DNA of 31,646 nucleotides from a virus (Duplodnaviria; Heunggongvirae; Uroviricota; Caudoviricetes): IMG/VR virus record IMGVR_UViG_648276671_000019, positions 1 to 31,646 of that record; one strand, 5' to 3'. Shown piece by piece: positions 18,266 to 26,482 of this stretch (position 1 is its first letter; each line of letters starts with the position of its first letter). The notes under the pieces were generated by a model. It saw only the letters and a program-made list of their open reading frames with translations, ran no database searches and was not told where the DNA came from. The position numbers and the translations under genes were made by a program.

Positions 18266-19230
18266 GCAGCCACCTTTTTCTTGTGAAAAACCAGCTCACG
18301 AACCTGATCGCCGTTCATAAGCATATTGTTGAAGTCGTCGTGATCCGGCCAGTACACACTCACGCGCTGCAGGTCATTCTTTGCCAGCAGGTTGGCATGA
18401 GCGCATTCGCAGGCCGCCGCCAACCCGGTGGCGCTGTTTTCGTCACGATCAGCAAAAATAATCAGGTGAGTAACACCTGCCGGAACACGGAATTTCTTCA
18501 TGAAACTGGCAGTCATTGTTGCCCAGGTGTTCACGTTATAAATCTGGTGCGCTGACAGCGCTGTTTCGATGCCTTCGGCGATACCCAGAGTGCTGGCGAC
18601 AGGAAACATGCGGATAGCTACAGAACGAGCGTGATCCAAATAGTTATCTTCCTGCAGAGATTTTTGGCGCTTTGCACTGGTACCAATATCAGCCTTTTGC
18701 GCACCATCAAGTAATGTCTGGTGCAGATAACACAACTCCCCTTTATCGTCGGTGGCCAGAGAATACAACGACTGATACACCTTCCCGGCATGGGGCTGTT
18801 TATCGTTGAAACGAATCGCTTCAGGCGGCAGGCTGAAAATGCCGCGCGCATTGAGATAAGCTGCACCGGAAGTGCCACGCAACGGCTGCAGCGTCACAAA
18901 CTTATTCAGAACCTTTGCACGAAAGCTGGCAGCACTGCTGGTTACGGGAATTTTCCCCCGTTGATAATCATTACCGAGCAGACGGTCTATTTCAGTGCAA
19001 ATCTCGTTAAATGGCTTCCCCTGTGTCAGGGTAACAAGCTTCATACCATCTCCGCTGCCGCAGGTACAAATCCACGTCCCGCGCCCGTCACGGTCATCAA
19101 TACGAAACTTACCTCTGGCACCACAAACCGGACATTCCCCTTTGAAGTGCTTTTTCCCGGTGACCGGCGGCAGCCCGTAATGTTTTAAAATTTCCGGCCA
19201 GCGACCTTTCGCTGCTTCTGCTGTTTTCAT
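18262..19230 (-). CDS. DNA primase (zinc-binding domain plus Toprim domain)
   Basis: N-terminal CPVCG...CTCGSG zinc ribbon; Toprim motifs GIAEGIETALS and IFADRDENSATG. Confidence 0.8.
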   Translation of the reverse strand: MKTAEAAKGRWPEILKHYGLPPVTGKKHFKGECPVCGARGKFRIDDRDGRGTWICTCGSGDGMKLVTLTQGKPFNEICTEIDRLLGNDYQRGKIPVTSSAASFRAKVLNKFVTLQPLRGTSGAAYLNARGIFSLPPEAIRFNDKQPHAGKVYQSLYSLATDDKGELCYLHQTLLDGAQKADIGTSAKRQKSLQEDNYLDHARSVAIRMFPVASTLGIAEGIETALSAHQIYNVNTWATMTASFMKKFRVPAGVTHLIIFADRDENSATGLAAACECAHANLLAKNDLQRVSVYWPDHDDFNNMLMNGDQVRELVFHKKKVAA

Positions 19231-19231
19231 C

Positions 19232-21817
19232 TTACTGACTCAGACTGTTTACATTTTTCTGGAATTTTCGCTTCGCCTGAATGATGCGCCATGCCTCACT
19301 TCCTTCCGGTGGCTCGTACCGGGCACCACCATCCAGTGGCAGGGAAAGCACTTCGGGTGAGCTTTTCGTTATCTTCTGTGCCCGTTCACGACCTCTGGCA
19401 AACCGGATGAATTTGTGTCTGATGTAGTTACTTACCTCTGGGCTTATTTCCATCGGGAAACTGCTCAACCCATCAGGCCATTCACCGAATTTCTCCCTGA
19501 AAGTGTGAGCACACCATCCATCACTGACTGGACGCCCCAGCGAAGCACGCTGGCGCTGATAAAATTTGATCTGACTCCACCAGGACTGTTTCTCTGCCTT
19601 CGTGGACTGATGCTGATTTTTACCCAGCTTATTAAGTTTGCGGCTAGTGTCAGTATCAACGTCTTCACCTCGCAGCGGCTTGTGTCCACATTTCGGGCAA
19701 ACATAGACGCCAGCTGGCTTCATGTAGTGGCATTGAGGGCATTCATGTGGCAGTTTTTCGGCCCGTTCCTCAACTGCGCGGCGCGCGCTTTCCTCCATGC
19801 CGTCAGACTTACCGGGAAGATCGTCGTACTCGATTGAATCCGGATAACCCAAACGGTGCACGGTGCCGCTGTGATCGAAGATTAAGCAGTTATGGACTAT
19901 AAGCCCATTAGCGGTGAAGCGGCGAAACCGCCCCGCATTGTGAATGTCCCATACTTCCCTTTCGGTTTGCATGAGGGAGTATTCCAGCGATTCACTATGT
20001 CCTGGTCGGACATACCAGAGTGAATCATTCTCTTTAATGTCGCATCGGCGTATTTCACATCCGGGAAATTGCTTCTGAATTGATAAAAGCGTTGCCCGGT
20101 GTTTCTGCTCACTCGCCTGTTGTTTGAATTTATAACCTTCGGCACCCAGCGAAGATTGCCCGGCTCGTAATCCCCGTTGTTGTCGATCCTGTCCAGATCC
20201 ATATCTCGCGAATTTGGTACCCCGATATTGTCCACTATCCATCGTGCGGCATCGTTTGGGCTCCTGAATTTGAACTGAATCCCTCGTCCACCATAATTTT
20301 CGTAGCTTTTTGCTCTGGGATTGTTGCAGCGCTGTTCCTGTGACTGACATCGCCTGTAAATCCAGAGGGGTATTTCCACCGGAATATCCTGATAAGGGTG
20401 ACATTGCGGGCAGGCTTTTGTCTTCGGTCGCTTCCTCATGTTGTGGTACCGGTGAAAAAATACGTTCCCGCATCGCTGGCAACATACCTCCACTTTCAGG
20501 TTCCACGCGCTCCCCTGAGTCTCCCGTGAGATTATTGTCAGCGAACCGAATGTTTTCCCCACAAGCTCCGGCGACAGCAATCCAGAGCCGTCGACTAGCC
20601 GCCTCTTCGAATTTTTTCCACCCTTCATTTGTAAGAACCTCATGATCTGGGGTTGCAATCACCCCGCAATATTCAATGGTTTTTTGTACACCTTTAGAAA
20701 CAGCCCCTTCGTGCTCGACAAAAGAAATACCATCCCAAACCTTATGGCTAAGGCTTATATCCTGAATTTTGACTTCACCTTTATCGGTCAGAATTAAGGT
20801 GTCACGGGCAATACAGGATTCTTTCCCCGGTGCGGTGCGCAGGCCACGACCGAGCGCCTGCAGCCAGCGAATTTCGCTTTTTGTTGGCCTGGCGTAGATG
20901 ATGCAACGAACGTCACTATCGAAGCCTGCCACCAGAACGCCCACACTGACGATGATTTTCGTTGCTCCCGTTTCAAAGCGGTGAATGATGGTCTGACGCT
21001 CATCCACAGGCGTGTCGGCTGTCATAACCTCAGCGTTAACGCCAGCCCGGTTAAACTGAATTGTCAGAAAATTAGCATGAGGCACGTTGACGCAGAACGC
21101 GATGGTAGGTAGATCCCGGCCATTCTCCAGCCAGTTCTGAACGATGTCGCCCACCAGCGTAGAGCCGCACATGATTTCAGCCAGCTGTGTTTCGTTGTAA
21201 TCGCGGCCGTACTCAAGCGAAGATGTGGTTTTAACACCTTTCAGATCCGGCTTAGTTGGCGCGTAAAATTCGTATTTACTCAGATCGCCACGCTGGATTA
21301 ACTCGCCGATGGTGGTCGGCTTAATCAGTCGGTCATAGTATTTGCCCAGGAACGGGGAAAACGGAGTACCCGACAGGCCAATCACCTTTACGCCTTTGCC
21401 GCGCAGACGTTCGATATCCTTCAGGATGCGTTTTTTACGCAGGTGCGCTTCGTCGATAATCAGCAGATCGATATTTTCAGGAAAAACACGACGAATAAGC
21501 GTGTCAGCGCTGGCAATCTGAATTTTCCGGTCCGGATCGTAGTTCGGGTGATCCGCCCAGATATAACCGATTTCATCTCCAGGTAAACCATACTGCACGA
21601 ACCGATTAGCCGTCTGACCAATCAGGATGGTGTACGGAACACAGAACAGAACGCGCATACCACGGCTGACAAAACCAGCAACTATGAAGGCTGCCAGCCC
21701 CGTTTTACCGCTACCTGTTGGCGAGTACACCATGAAGGTGTCGTTTGCCTTCCAGTCACGGCGCAACATGTTTAGCGCTCGCTCCTGTGCAAAATTCGGC
21801 GTGATTGTCAGCTGCAT
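19232..21817 (-). CDS. Superfamily-2 DEAD/DEAH-box helicase interrupted by an intein, with C-terminal zinc ribbon
   Basis: Walker A PTGSGKT, motif II IIDEAH, motif III SGTP, motif VI QALGRGLR; intein begins immediately after motif VI; C-terminal CPQC...CPKC. Confidence 0.85.
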   Translation of the reverse strand: MQLTITPNFAQERALNMLRRDWKANDTFMVYSPTGSGKTGLAAFIVAGFVSRGMRVLFCVPYTILIGQTANRFVQYGLPGDEIGYIWADHPNYDPDRKIQIASADTLIRRVFPENIDLLIIDEAHLRKKRILKDIERLRGKGVKVIGLSGTPFSPFLGKYYDRLIKPTTIGELIQRGDLSKYEFYAPTKPDLKGVKTTSSLEYGRDYNETQLAEIMCGSTLVGDIVQNWLENGRDLPTIAFCVNVPHANFLTIQFNRAGVNAEVMTADTPVDERQTIIHRFETGATKIIVSVGVLVAGFDSDVRCIIYARPTKSEIRWLQALGRGLRTAPGKESCIARDTLILTDKGEVKIQDISLSHKVWDGISFVEHEGAVSKGVQKTIEYCGVIATPDHEVLTNEGWKKFEEAASRRLWIAVAGACGENIRFADNNLTGDSGERVEPESGGMLPAMRERIFSPVPQHEEATEDKSLPAMSPLSGYSGGNTPLDLQAMSVTGTALQQSQSKKLRKLWWTRDSVQIQEPKRCRTMDSGQYRGTKFARYGSGQDRQQRGLRAGQSSLGAEGYKFKQQASEQKHRATLLSIQKQFPGCEIRRCDIKENDSLWYVRPGHSESLEYSLMQTEREVWDIHNAGRFRRFTANGLIVHNCLIFDHSGTVHRLGYPDSIEYDDLPGKSDGMEESARRAVEERAEKLPHECPQCHYMKPAGVYVCPKCGHKPLRGEDVDTDTSRKLNKLGKNQHQSTKAEKQSWWSQIKFYQRQRASLGRPVSDGWCAHTFREKFGEWPDGLSSFPMEISPEVSNYIRHKFIRFARGRERAQKITKSSPEVLSLPLDGGARYEPPEGSEAWRIIQAKRKFQKNVNSLSQ
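19889..20815 (-). other. Intein (309 codons) in the helicase gene
   Basis: N-terminal block CIARDTLILTDKG, block B ATPDHEVLT, C-terminal NGLIVHN followed by extein Cys (CLIFDHSG); boundaries checked codon by codon (TGT at 20815-20813, AAC at 19891-19889, TGC at 19888-19886). Confidence 0.75.
19897..20628 (-). CDS. HNH homing endonuclease encoded out of frame inside the intein
   Basis: Alternate-frame ORF (track 19897..20658) with LVGKTFGSLTII, VCCQRCG, YENYGGRGI and DRIDNNGDYEPGNLRW motifs typical of phage HNH endonucleases; first ATG with a GAGG-type Shine-Dalgarno at 20628. Confidence 0.6.
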   Translation of the reverse strand: MKGGKNSKRRLVDGSGLLSPELVGKTFGSLTIISRETQGSAWNLKVEVCCQRCGNVFFHRYHNMRKRPKTKACPQCHPYQDIPVEIPLWIYRRCQSQEQRCNNPRAKSYENYGGRGIQFKFRSPNDAARWIVDNIGVPNSRDMDLDRIDNNGDYEPGNLRWVPKVINSNNRRVSRNTGQRFYQFRSNFPDVKYADATLKRMIHSGMSDQDIVNRWNTPSCKPKGKYGTFTMRGGFAASPLMGL

Positions 21818-21928
21818 TGTGCTGCCCCCGCAATGATGAGATAATAATTTTGTGATGTGGTTTTCATGGATTCCTCCTCACATGGCTGGTGGTCTCCCCA
21901 AAGGCTGCCAGCCCCCTTCCGAATCAAC

Positions 21929-22297
21929 TCACTTAAATTTCGTCGCACGAATAACGTCAATTCCGTTCTCGCTATATCGAAGAGGGTGCTTACCGTCCCT
22001 GAGCAGGACAAAACCTGACATCCCCTCAGGTAGCTGAGCCAGCTTCATCAATGAACGGTTGCGGGGAGACTTCTTATCGACCTCAATGGCACACTGCTGG
22101 CCGTCTGATGATGTAACCAGGCAACCAATAAACCCTTTACGACCACCGCTAATGCTGATGCTGAAATTGCGTTGCAGGTGGTATCCCTGAGACTTGATTT
22201 TTTTCTGCATCACATAATCGAAAACGACTTTGTCATCGGAGCGAATGAATTGCTCTTCCAAGAGAGCGATTAAATTTTGCTTCAGGTCTTCACTCAT
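21929..22297 (-). CDS. Hypothetical protein (122 aa)
   Basis: ORF upstream of the helicase; an 18-bp palindrome lies 17 nt upstream of its ATG. Confidence 0.5.
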   Translation of the reverse strand: MSEDLKQNLIALLEEQFIRSDDKVVFDYVMQKKIKSQGYHLQRNFSISISGGRKGFIGCLVTSSDGQQCAIEVDKKSPRNRSLMKLAQLPEGMSGFVLLRDGKHPLRYSENGIDVIRATKFK

Positions 22298-22539
22298 ACT
22301 TTTTATCCATCTTGTACTAGCTTTCTGGTACAGCCGTTTTTCAGGGGTATCCCCCTTTAGATCGAGATCTACCTAACCTATGTACCCGTCTGTTGGAAAA
22401 GCCTGTTCCAGTGCTTCGCACTAACACACAGGCACTCTCCCCTTACCCCTCTCTCTGAATGACGTACCAGCTAACTGGTACGCAGGTACATCCATGATGA
22501 GGGGCTCAACCAGTCGGTCACCTTTAAGACCGACGCCAT

Positions 22540-22833
22540 TCAGGTACGCTGTTGCATTCCTGCCAGGGGCGGTTGAGTCGTATACCCCTGTAATGCACGC
22601 CCGTGTGTTTCAACGAACCTGCGAAGCCGTACATTGGCTTCATGCCTCGCCCGGTTCTCCTTGCGGAATGAAACAGGCTCGGCATCAAAAGTGACTTCGT
22701 AAACCTCCGTATATTTCAGGGCGACCTTCCGTCTCAGTGACGGTGGCAGCCTCTGTAACTGCTGCTGAATCCACTCTTCGTCTGTCTGGCAGTACCTAGC
22801 CGGCATCTCTGTCTGAACGTAATTCTGGGACAT
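22540..22833 (-). CDS. Hypothetical protein (97 aa) in the cII position
   Basis: ORF 13 nt downstream of the cro-like gene; no helix-turn-helix recognised. Confidence 0.5.
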   Translation of the reverse strand: MSQNYVQTEMPARYCQTDEEWIQQQLQRLPPSLRRKVALKYTEVYEVTFDAEPVSFRKENRARHEANVRLRRFVETHGRALQGYTTQPPLAGMQQRT

Positions 22834-22845
22834 ACAAGCCCTTCA

Positions 22846-23118
22846 TCACTCGTTTTTCACAACTGCCGCATTTGTGGCTGTGTGACTTCTACGTAACAAA
22901 TCAGGGATTGCATCTTCAGGATGGGGATAAAGATCTGGTCTTAACCCATGAGGAGTAACTTTCCATTCCACAACTTCACATACACGCAAGACGAAACGAG
23001 CAGGAATTGTTCTTTTTGAAAACCATTGGTTCACAGCTTGCGGCGTAACGCCTAGATTTCGCGCTATGGCATTTTGTGCAATTAGCTCACGAAGTGCGTC
23101 GTAATCATTTCCTTTCAT
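22846..23118 (-). CDS. cro: Cro-like helix-turn-helix regulator (Cro/YdaS type)
   Basis: 90 aa, divergent from the repressor; HTH NLGVTPQAVNQW and C-terminal VTPHGLRPDLYP motif typical of Cro/YdaS-type proteins. Confidence 0.7.
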   Translation of the reverse strand: MKGNDYDALRELIAQNAIARNLGVTPQAVNQWFSKRTIPARFVLRVCEVVEWKVTPHGLRPDLYPHPEDAIPDLLRRSHTATNAAVVKNE

Positions 23119-23252
23119 CGCAACTCACCAATCTAAACTTTATAAATTCAAGATTACATCAAGTTTAAATTAACATGCAAGTCCACAAAAGATCGAATAC
23201 ACTAAAATCAAGCAAAAGTTTATCGAAACCAAGTAACCAGCAAGGATTAACA
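23119..23252. promoter_or_regulatory. Immunity-region divergent promoter/operator segment (PR/PRM-like)
   Basis: AT-rich intergenic region between cro and cI; candidate PR on the minus strand (-35 TTGCAT, -10 TAATCT); partially palindromic ATCAA/TTTAA-containing motifs. Confidence 0.45.
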
Positions 23253-23942
23253 ATGAAAAACTTAAAGAGCACTGAAAATCGAATTACAAAGCTGCTACAG
23301 GAGAAAGGCTGGAGCCAAGCAGAGCTGGCCCGAAAGTTAGGTGTCAGCGCACAGTCCGTACAGTACTGGACAACAGGAAAAACATTTCCAAGGGGAAACC
23401 GGCTTGCCCAGTTATCCGAAATAAGTGGTTATCCGCAATCGTGGTTTTTAGGAGAAATCACGTCACGGCAGTTCTCTTCAAAGGAAAAACATCAAACAAG
23501 AACTGACAGTGTGGTCTTTAACGTGCTCGATGTTGAGTTTAGTTGCGGCGATGGAACACATGTCCGTGGGGACTTTATAGATGTAGTTCGCTCAATCGAG
23601 CTTGATCCTGAATATGCCCGTCGCCTTGTTGGCAATAGAGCATTTCAAAACATAGAGATTGGTAACGCAAGAGGAGATAGTATGGCTCCAACAATAGCCC
23701 CAGGAGATCTTCTTTTTCTCGATAAAACAGTGAATTACTTTGATGGTGATGGCATTTATGCTTTTTGCTTTGATGGTGAATGCTACGTCAAAAGATTACA
23801 AAAGATAGGAAGTAAAATCATGGTGTTATCTGATAACCCAAATTACCAATCCTGGAGCATTGAAAAAGATGCTCTTGAGCTGCTTTATATCCAATCGAAG
23901 GTAATCTCATCTGTTCCATTCAATATAAATAGATTTGGTTAA
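23253..23942 (+). CDS. cI: CI-type phage repressor (N-terminal HTH, C-terminal S24 LexA-like peptidase domain)
   Basis: HTH WSQAELARKLGVSAQSVQYW; autocleavage motif GDSMAPT with Lys about 37 residues downstream (YVKRL); ATG at 23253 has AAGGA Shine-Dalgarno, the ORF track extends the frame to 23175. Confidence 0.85.
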   Translation: MKNLKSTENRITKLLQEKGWSQAELARKLGVSAQSVQYWTTGKTFPRGNRLAQLSEISGYPQSWFLGEITSRQFSSKEKHQTRTDSVVFNVLDVEFSCGDGTHVRGDFIDVVRSIELDPEYARRLVGNRAFQNIEIGNARGDSMAPTIAPGDLLFLDKTVNYFDGDGIYAFCFDGECYVKRLQKIGSKIMVLSDNPNYQSWSIEKDALELLYIQSKVISSVPFNINRFG

Positions 23943-24004
23943 TTATTGATTATTAAAGAAAAATTTATAACCCAAGTAAAAAAGACGCAGAAATCAATTT
24001 TTTC

Positions 24005-24034
24005 TTGACAACCCCATCAATCAAGATCTAACAT
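24005..24034 (+). promoter_or_regulatory. Candidate sigma70 promoter (-35 TTGACA, 18-nt spacer, -10 TAACAT), PL-like position after cI
   Basis: Near-consensus hexamers 55-85 nt upstream of the 24089 ATG. Confidence 0.45.
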
Positions 24035-24036
24035 CA

Positions 24037-24082
24037 CACCATCAATTTTAACTTGATTAATTGTTAATTTTAAATTGATGGT
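24037..24082 (+). promoter_or_regulatory. Imperfect 15-bp inverted repeat (CACCATCAATTTTAA ... TTTAAATTGATGGTG) covering the predicted 5' UTR and Shine-Dalgarno
   Basis: Arms at 24037-24051 and 24068-24082; right arm overlaps the GGTGA ribosome-binding site of the downstream gene. Confidence 0.45.
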
Positions 24083-24088
24083 GATTCA

Positions 24089-24517
24089 ATGAAAGATCTG
24101 ACAACCACTGAGATATCGAACTTAAACCACTTCGAAAAAGAATCCTTTGCATTAAATATTGCAAATCTGGTAGGTGCTGCTCGTACTTTCCATTTGATTG
24201 ATAGTGATCGCTCTAAAGAATTGGGGTTTGAAGTCATGGAGTTTGTTCATGAATACGCCCTGTCTGCTACTTATCCATTACATAATCACATAATCAACAA
24301 ACAACCAAATAAAATCCGCACCCAACGCGAAGCCTGCGGCTTAACAACAGCCGAACTCGCCAGACTGCTCGATCTCGATGAAGAAATTATCATCCAGTGG
24401 GAGAGCGGAGAGTACGAACCAACCATCAGCATGCTTATCCCTCTGGCTAATGTTCTTGGCTGTGATCCAATGTGGTTACTGACTGGTGCTTATAAACAAA
24501 ATCAGGAGGAAGCATAA
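24089..24517 (+). CDS. Hypothetical protein with C-terminal XRE-type helix-turn-helix
   Basis: 142 aa; HTH LTTAELARLLDLDEEIIIQWESGEYEPTISMLIPLANVLGCDPMWLL; unrecognised N-terminal ~80 aa. Confidence 0.7.
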   Translation: MKDLTTTEISNLNHFEKESFALNIANLVGAARTFHLIDSDRSKELGFEVMEFVHEYALSATYPLHNHIINKQPNKIRTQREACGLTTAELARLLDLDEEIIIQWESGEYEPTISMLIPLANVLGCDPMWLLTGAYKQNQEEA

Positions 24518-24518
24518 G

Positions 24519-24710
24519 ATGAAAATGTTCAAAGGCCTTACCAACGAACCGGAAACAGCTTTTCATCACATTGCCGTACTGCTTGAAGCGGGGTTAATCA
24601 TTTCGGCTTCCGGTGATGAAGAATGTGATGAACTTTCGGATGATATCTTTTTACTGGCACAACAATACGCCAGAAGCGCATGCGATGCATTTAAGGAGAA
24701 AAGAACATGA
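24519..24710 (+). CDS. Hypothetical small acidic protein (63 aa)
   Basis: ATG 1 nt after the upstream stop, AGGAGGA Shine-Dalgarno at 24504-24510. Confidence 0.55.
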   Translation: MKMFKGLTNEPETAFHHIAVLLEAGLIISASGDEECDELSDDIFLLAQQYARSACDAFKEKRT

Positions 24711-24898
24711 AAACTCCATTAAATATTCTTGAGGAAGTGGCGGCAGAAATAAAAGAAAACACGTCAATGCTTGAGTTTATCTTTAAAAATTCGCCCGATT
24801 CAGGAGAGACAGACGATTATTTATGCTGCCTCATTCGCTCCATGAATAAAACCTGTGAAATGGCTTACGAGTATATCGACACATTACGCAACGAATAA
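24707..24898 (+). CDS. Hypothetical small protein (63 aa)
   Basis: ATGA start/stop overlap with the previous gene, AAGGAGAA Shine-Dalgarno. Confidence 0.55.
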   Translation: MKTPLNILEEVAAEIKENTSMLEFIFKNSPDSGETDDYLCCLIRSMNKTCEMAYEYIDTLRNE

Positions 24899-24972
24899 AG
24901 AAGAGTCAATAAACAATCATACATAACGGCCTCTGGCCGTGGATTTCTGCAACCTGAAAATGGTGGTGATGT

Positions 24973-25071
24973 ATGAAAAATAAAAGTGCTTATAAAACTG
25001 CTTTATTAATGGCCAGTGCCGGATACTGGTCAATTGCAATACTGTACCTCAGAAAAGCATACGGGAAATAA
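24973..25071 (+). CDS. Small hydrophobic ORF (32 aa)
   Basis: ATG preceded by GGTGGTGA; translation MKNKSAYKTALLMASAGYWSIAILYLRKAYGK; ends 3 nt before the next gene. Confidence 0.3.
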   Translation: MKNKSAYKTALLMASAGYWSIAILYLRKAYGK

Positions 25072-25074
25072 CAA

Positions 25075-25434
25075 ATGACACATAACTCCATTAATACATA
25101 TCGTCGCCGTATAGCTGTTGCGGCACTCCATCGAATAAAACGTAAAACAGGTGGTAATCTGCTTATCGTTGACCTTCCGGATGAGAACATTACGACCATA
25201 GAAATAACTGAACAGTTTATAAACCAGTTGCTGTTACGCTTTGAAGGAATTACTCGTGGTGAATTGGGCCGGACGGAGGGCGAGACCGCAATACTTACCG
25301 CATACCGGAATGCCATCGGGATTAATCAACATACTGAATACCTGACTGAAACCGGAAAGTTAATTATAGACGACCTTTTACAAGAGGTTATTGATTACGC
25401 GAAAGAAAAATATATCAATGGAGGAATTAACTGA
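25075..25434 (+). CDS. Hypothetical protein (119 aa)
   Basis: ORF in the AT-rich early-left region; no family recognised. Confidence 0.55.
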   Translation: MTHNSINTYRRRIAVAALHRIKRKTGGNLLIVDLPDENITTIEITEQFINQLLLRFEGITRGELGRTEGETAILTAYRNAIGINQHTEYLTETGKLIIDDLLQEVIDYAKEKYINGGIN

Positions 25435-25654
25435 TGGCCAATTTACCCCCCCCCCTGTTTCTGTTGTGCACGAAAAAGTGCGGGTCGTTATGACGATTGA
25501 AAATGGGAAAGTAATTTACTCAAGACATCTGCTGGATAATGAATTCGTTGGCTGCCTGGATACTTTTATATGGCTGGCAGAAAGAGCGGGGTATCAGATA
25601 ACAGCACCTGCTCAGGAGGAAACCAGTGACATTAACAGCAACACGCATTCCTGA
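25418..25654 (+). CDS. Hypothetical protein (79 aa) containing a 9-nt poly-C tract
   Basis: ATG at 25418 overlapping the previous gene; codons TTT ACC CCC CCC CCT give FTPPP; weak Shine-Dalgarno. Confidence 0.4.
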   Translation: MEELTDGQFTPPPVSVVHEKVRVVMTIENGKVIYSRHLLDNEFVGCLDTFIWLAERAGYQITAPAQEETSDINSNTHS

Positions 25655-25844
25655 GTGGGTCCACCAGCAGGCGTTGCTGGTCCTGCGGCGGTACAGATGC
25701 CGACGGATATTTCCTCATCGGATACAGCGCACCGGATATCTCAGTCTGAAGGTTAACCGTCGCTGGCGGCTGTTATCAAAAGACGATGGCCGGAACTGGG
25801 AAGTAATGAGTCATGAACGTTATTCGGGAGAAATAAAGAAATGA
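25626..25844 (+). CDS. Hypothetical arginine-rich small protein (72 aa)
   Basis: GTG start with AGGAGGA Shine-Dalgarno 5 nt upstream; RRYRCRRIFPHRIQR basic segment. Confidence 0.5.
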   Translation: MTLTATRIPEWVHQQALLVLRRYRCRRIFPHRIQRTGYLSLKVNRRWRLLSKDDGRNWEVMSHERYSGEIKK

Positions 25845-26233
25845 TCGACAACCGCACCACAAGCGCCATTGACCAGGCACTACAGAAACATGATACACCC
25901 GTCGGCCCGTTATTTTTTGTAACACGCCACGGGAGAACAAAAAAATGCCTCACCCGAAAAACAGCAATTCGTTACCTGGCATTCTTTATGACCACCCGCG
26001 CTTTTGAACGTTCAGGATTCCGACAGCGCAATCCTGACAATCATTTTATCTTCAACGGGAATGAGGTATGGAAACGTGGAGAATCAACCACAGAGTATAC
26101 CCGCGCACACCAGCGAACAATCAGACGACTGTGCAGACTTATCGCCAGGAAACAGTATACAGAAAAATGGTTCAGAAAATATGACAAATGGAGCGCCGGA
26201 TATTACGAACTGATGGCAACAAAACCATTCTGA
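25841..26233 (+). CDS. Hypothetical basic protein (130 aa)
   Basis: ATGA overlap with the previous gene. Confidence 0.55.
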   Translation: MIDNRTTSAIDQALQKHDTPVGPLFFVTRHGRTKKCLTRKTAIRYLAFFMTTRAFERSGFRQRNPDNHFIFNGNEVWKRGESTTEYTRAHQRTIRRLCRLIARKQYTEKWFRKYDKWSAGYYELMATKPF

Positions 26234-26293
26234 CGTAAATGAAATTAACCATGACGCAACTAAAGAAGGCAATCTGAATACATCAGGAGGACC

Positions 26294-26482
26294 ATGAACA
26301 TTTATTTCAGAATAGTTATATCACTGGCAATTATCGCATGTATTTACGGATTAATCGTTCCGACCCTCATATCAATGAAGGATACGGTAGCAGTGATTTC
26401 TGGCTTTGCTCTGGCGTGTCTGACCCCGCCCTGCATTTATGCCCTTTATAAGGGTCTTTCTTTTTCTAAGGATAAAAGATGA
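26294..26482 (+). CDS. Small two-helix membrane protein (62 aa)
   Basis: Two hydrophobic segments (IVISLAIIACIYGLIV and VAVISGFALACLTPPCIYALY); GGAGGA Shine-Dalgarno; stop overlaps the next ATG (ATGA). Confidence 0.55.
   Translation: MNIYFRIVISLAIIACIYGLIVPTLISMKDTVAVISGFALACLTPPCIYALYKGLSFSKDKR

Noticed and set aside
19232-21817. Reading the intein interior in the helicase frame as the endonuclease domain
   Set aside because: That frame (for example GDSGERVEPESGGMLPAMRERIFSPVPQ) has no LAGLIDADG, HNH or GIY-YIG motifs; the HNH motifs are in the other frame. The helicase frame is still kept as part of the intein polypeptide because it is open and flanked by splicing blocks.
21885-21892. Chi site GCTGGTGG on the plus strand
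   Set aside because: A single octamer is expected by chance at this genome composition and is a normal feature of E. coli-adapted DNA.
23175-23252. N-terminal 26-codon extension of the cI ORF proposed by the ORF track
   Set aside because: The extension overlaps the operator/promoter region and lacks a ribosome-binding site, whereas the ATG at 23253 has an AAGGA Shine-Dalgarno and begins just before the HTH; a leaderless start at 23175 cannot be fully excluded.
24034-24090. N-utilisation site (boxA/boxB) downstream of the PL-like promoter
   Set aside because: No GC-rich boxB-type hairpin or boxA-like CGCTCTT motif is present; the only structure is the AT-rich palindrome, so N-type antitermination is not supported.
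24990-25316. 108-aa minus-strand ORF in the early-left region
   Set aside because: It is antisense to a coupled run of plus-strand genes and has no ribosome-binding site.
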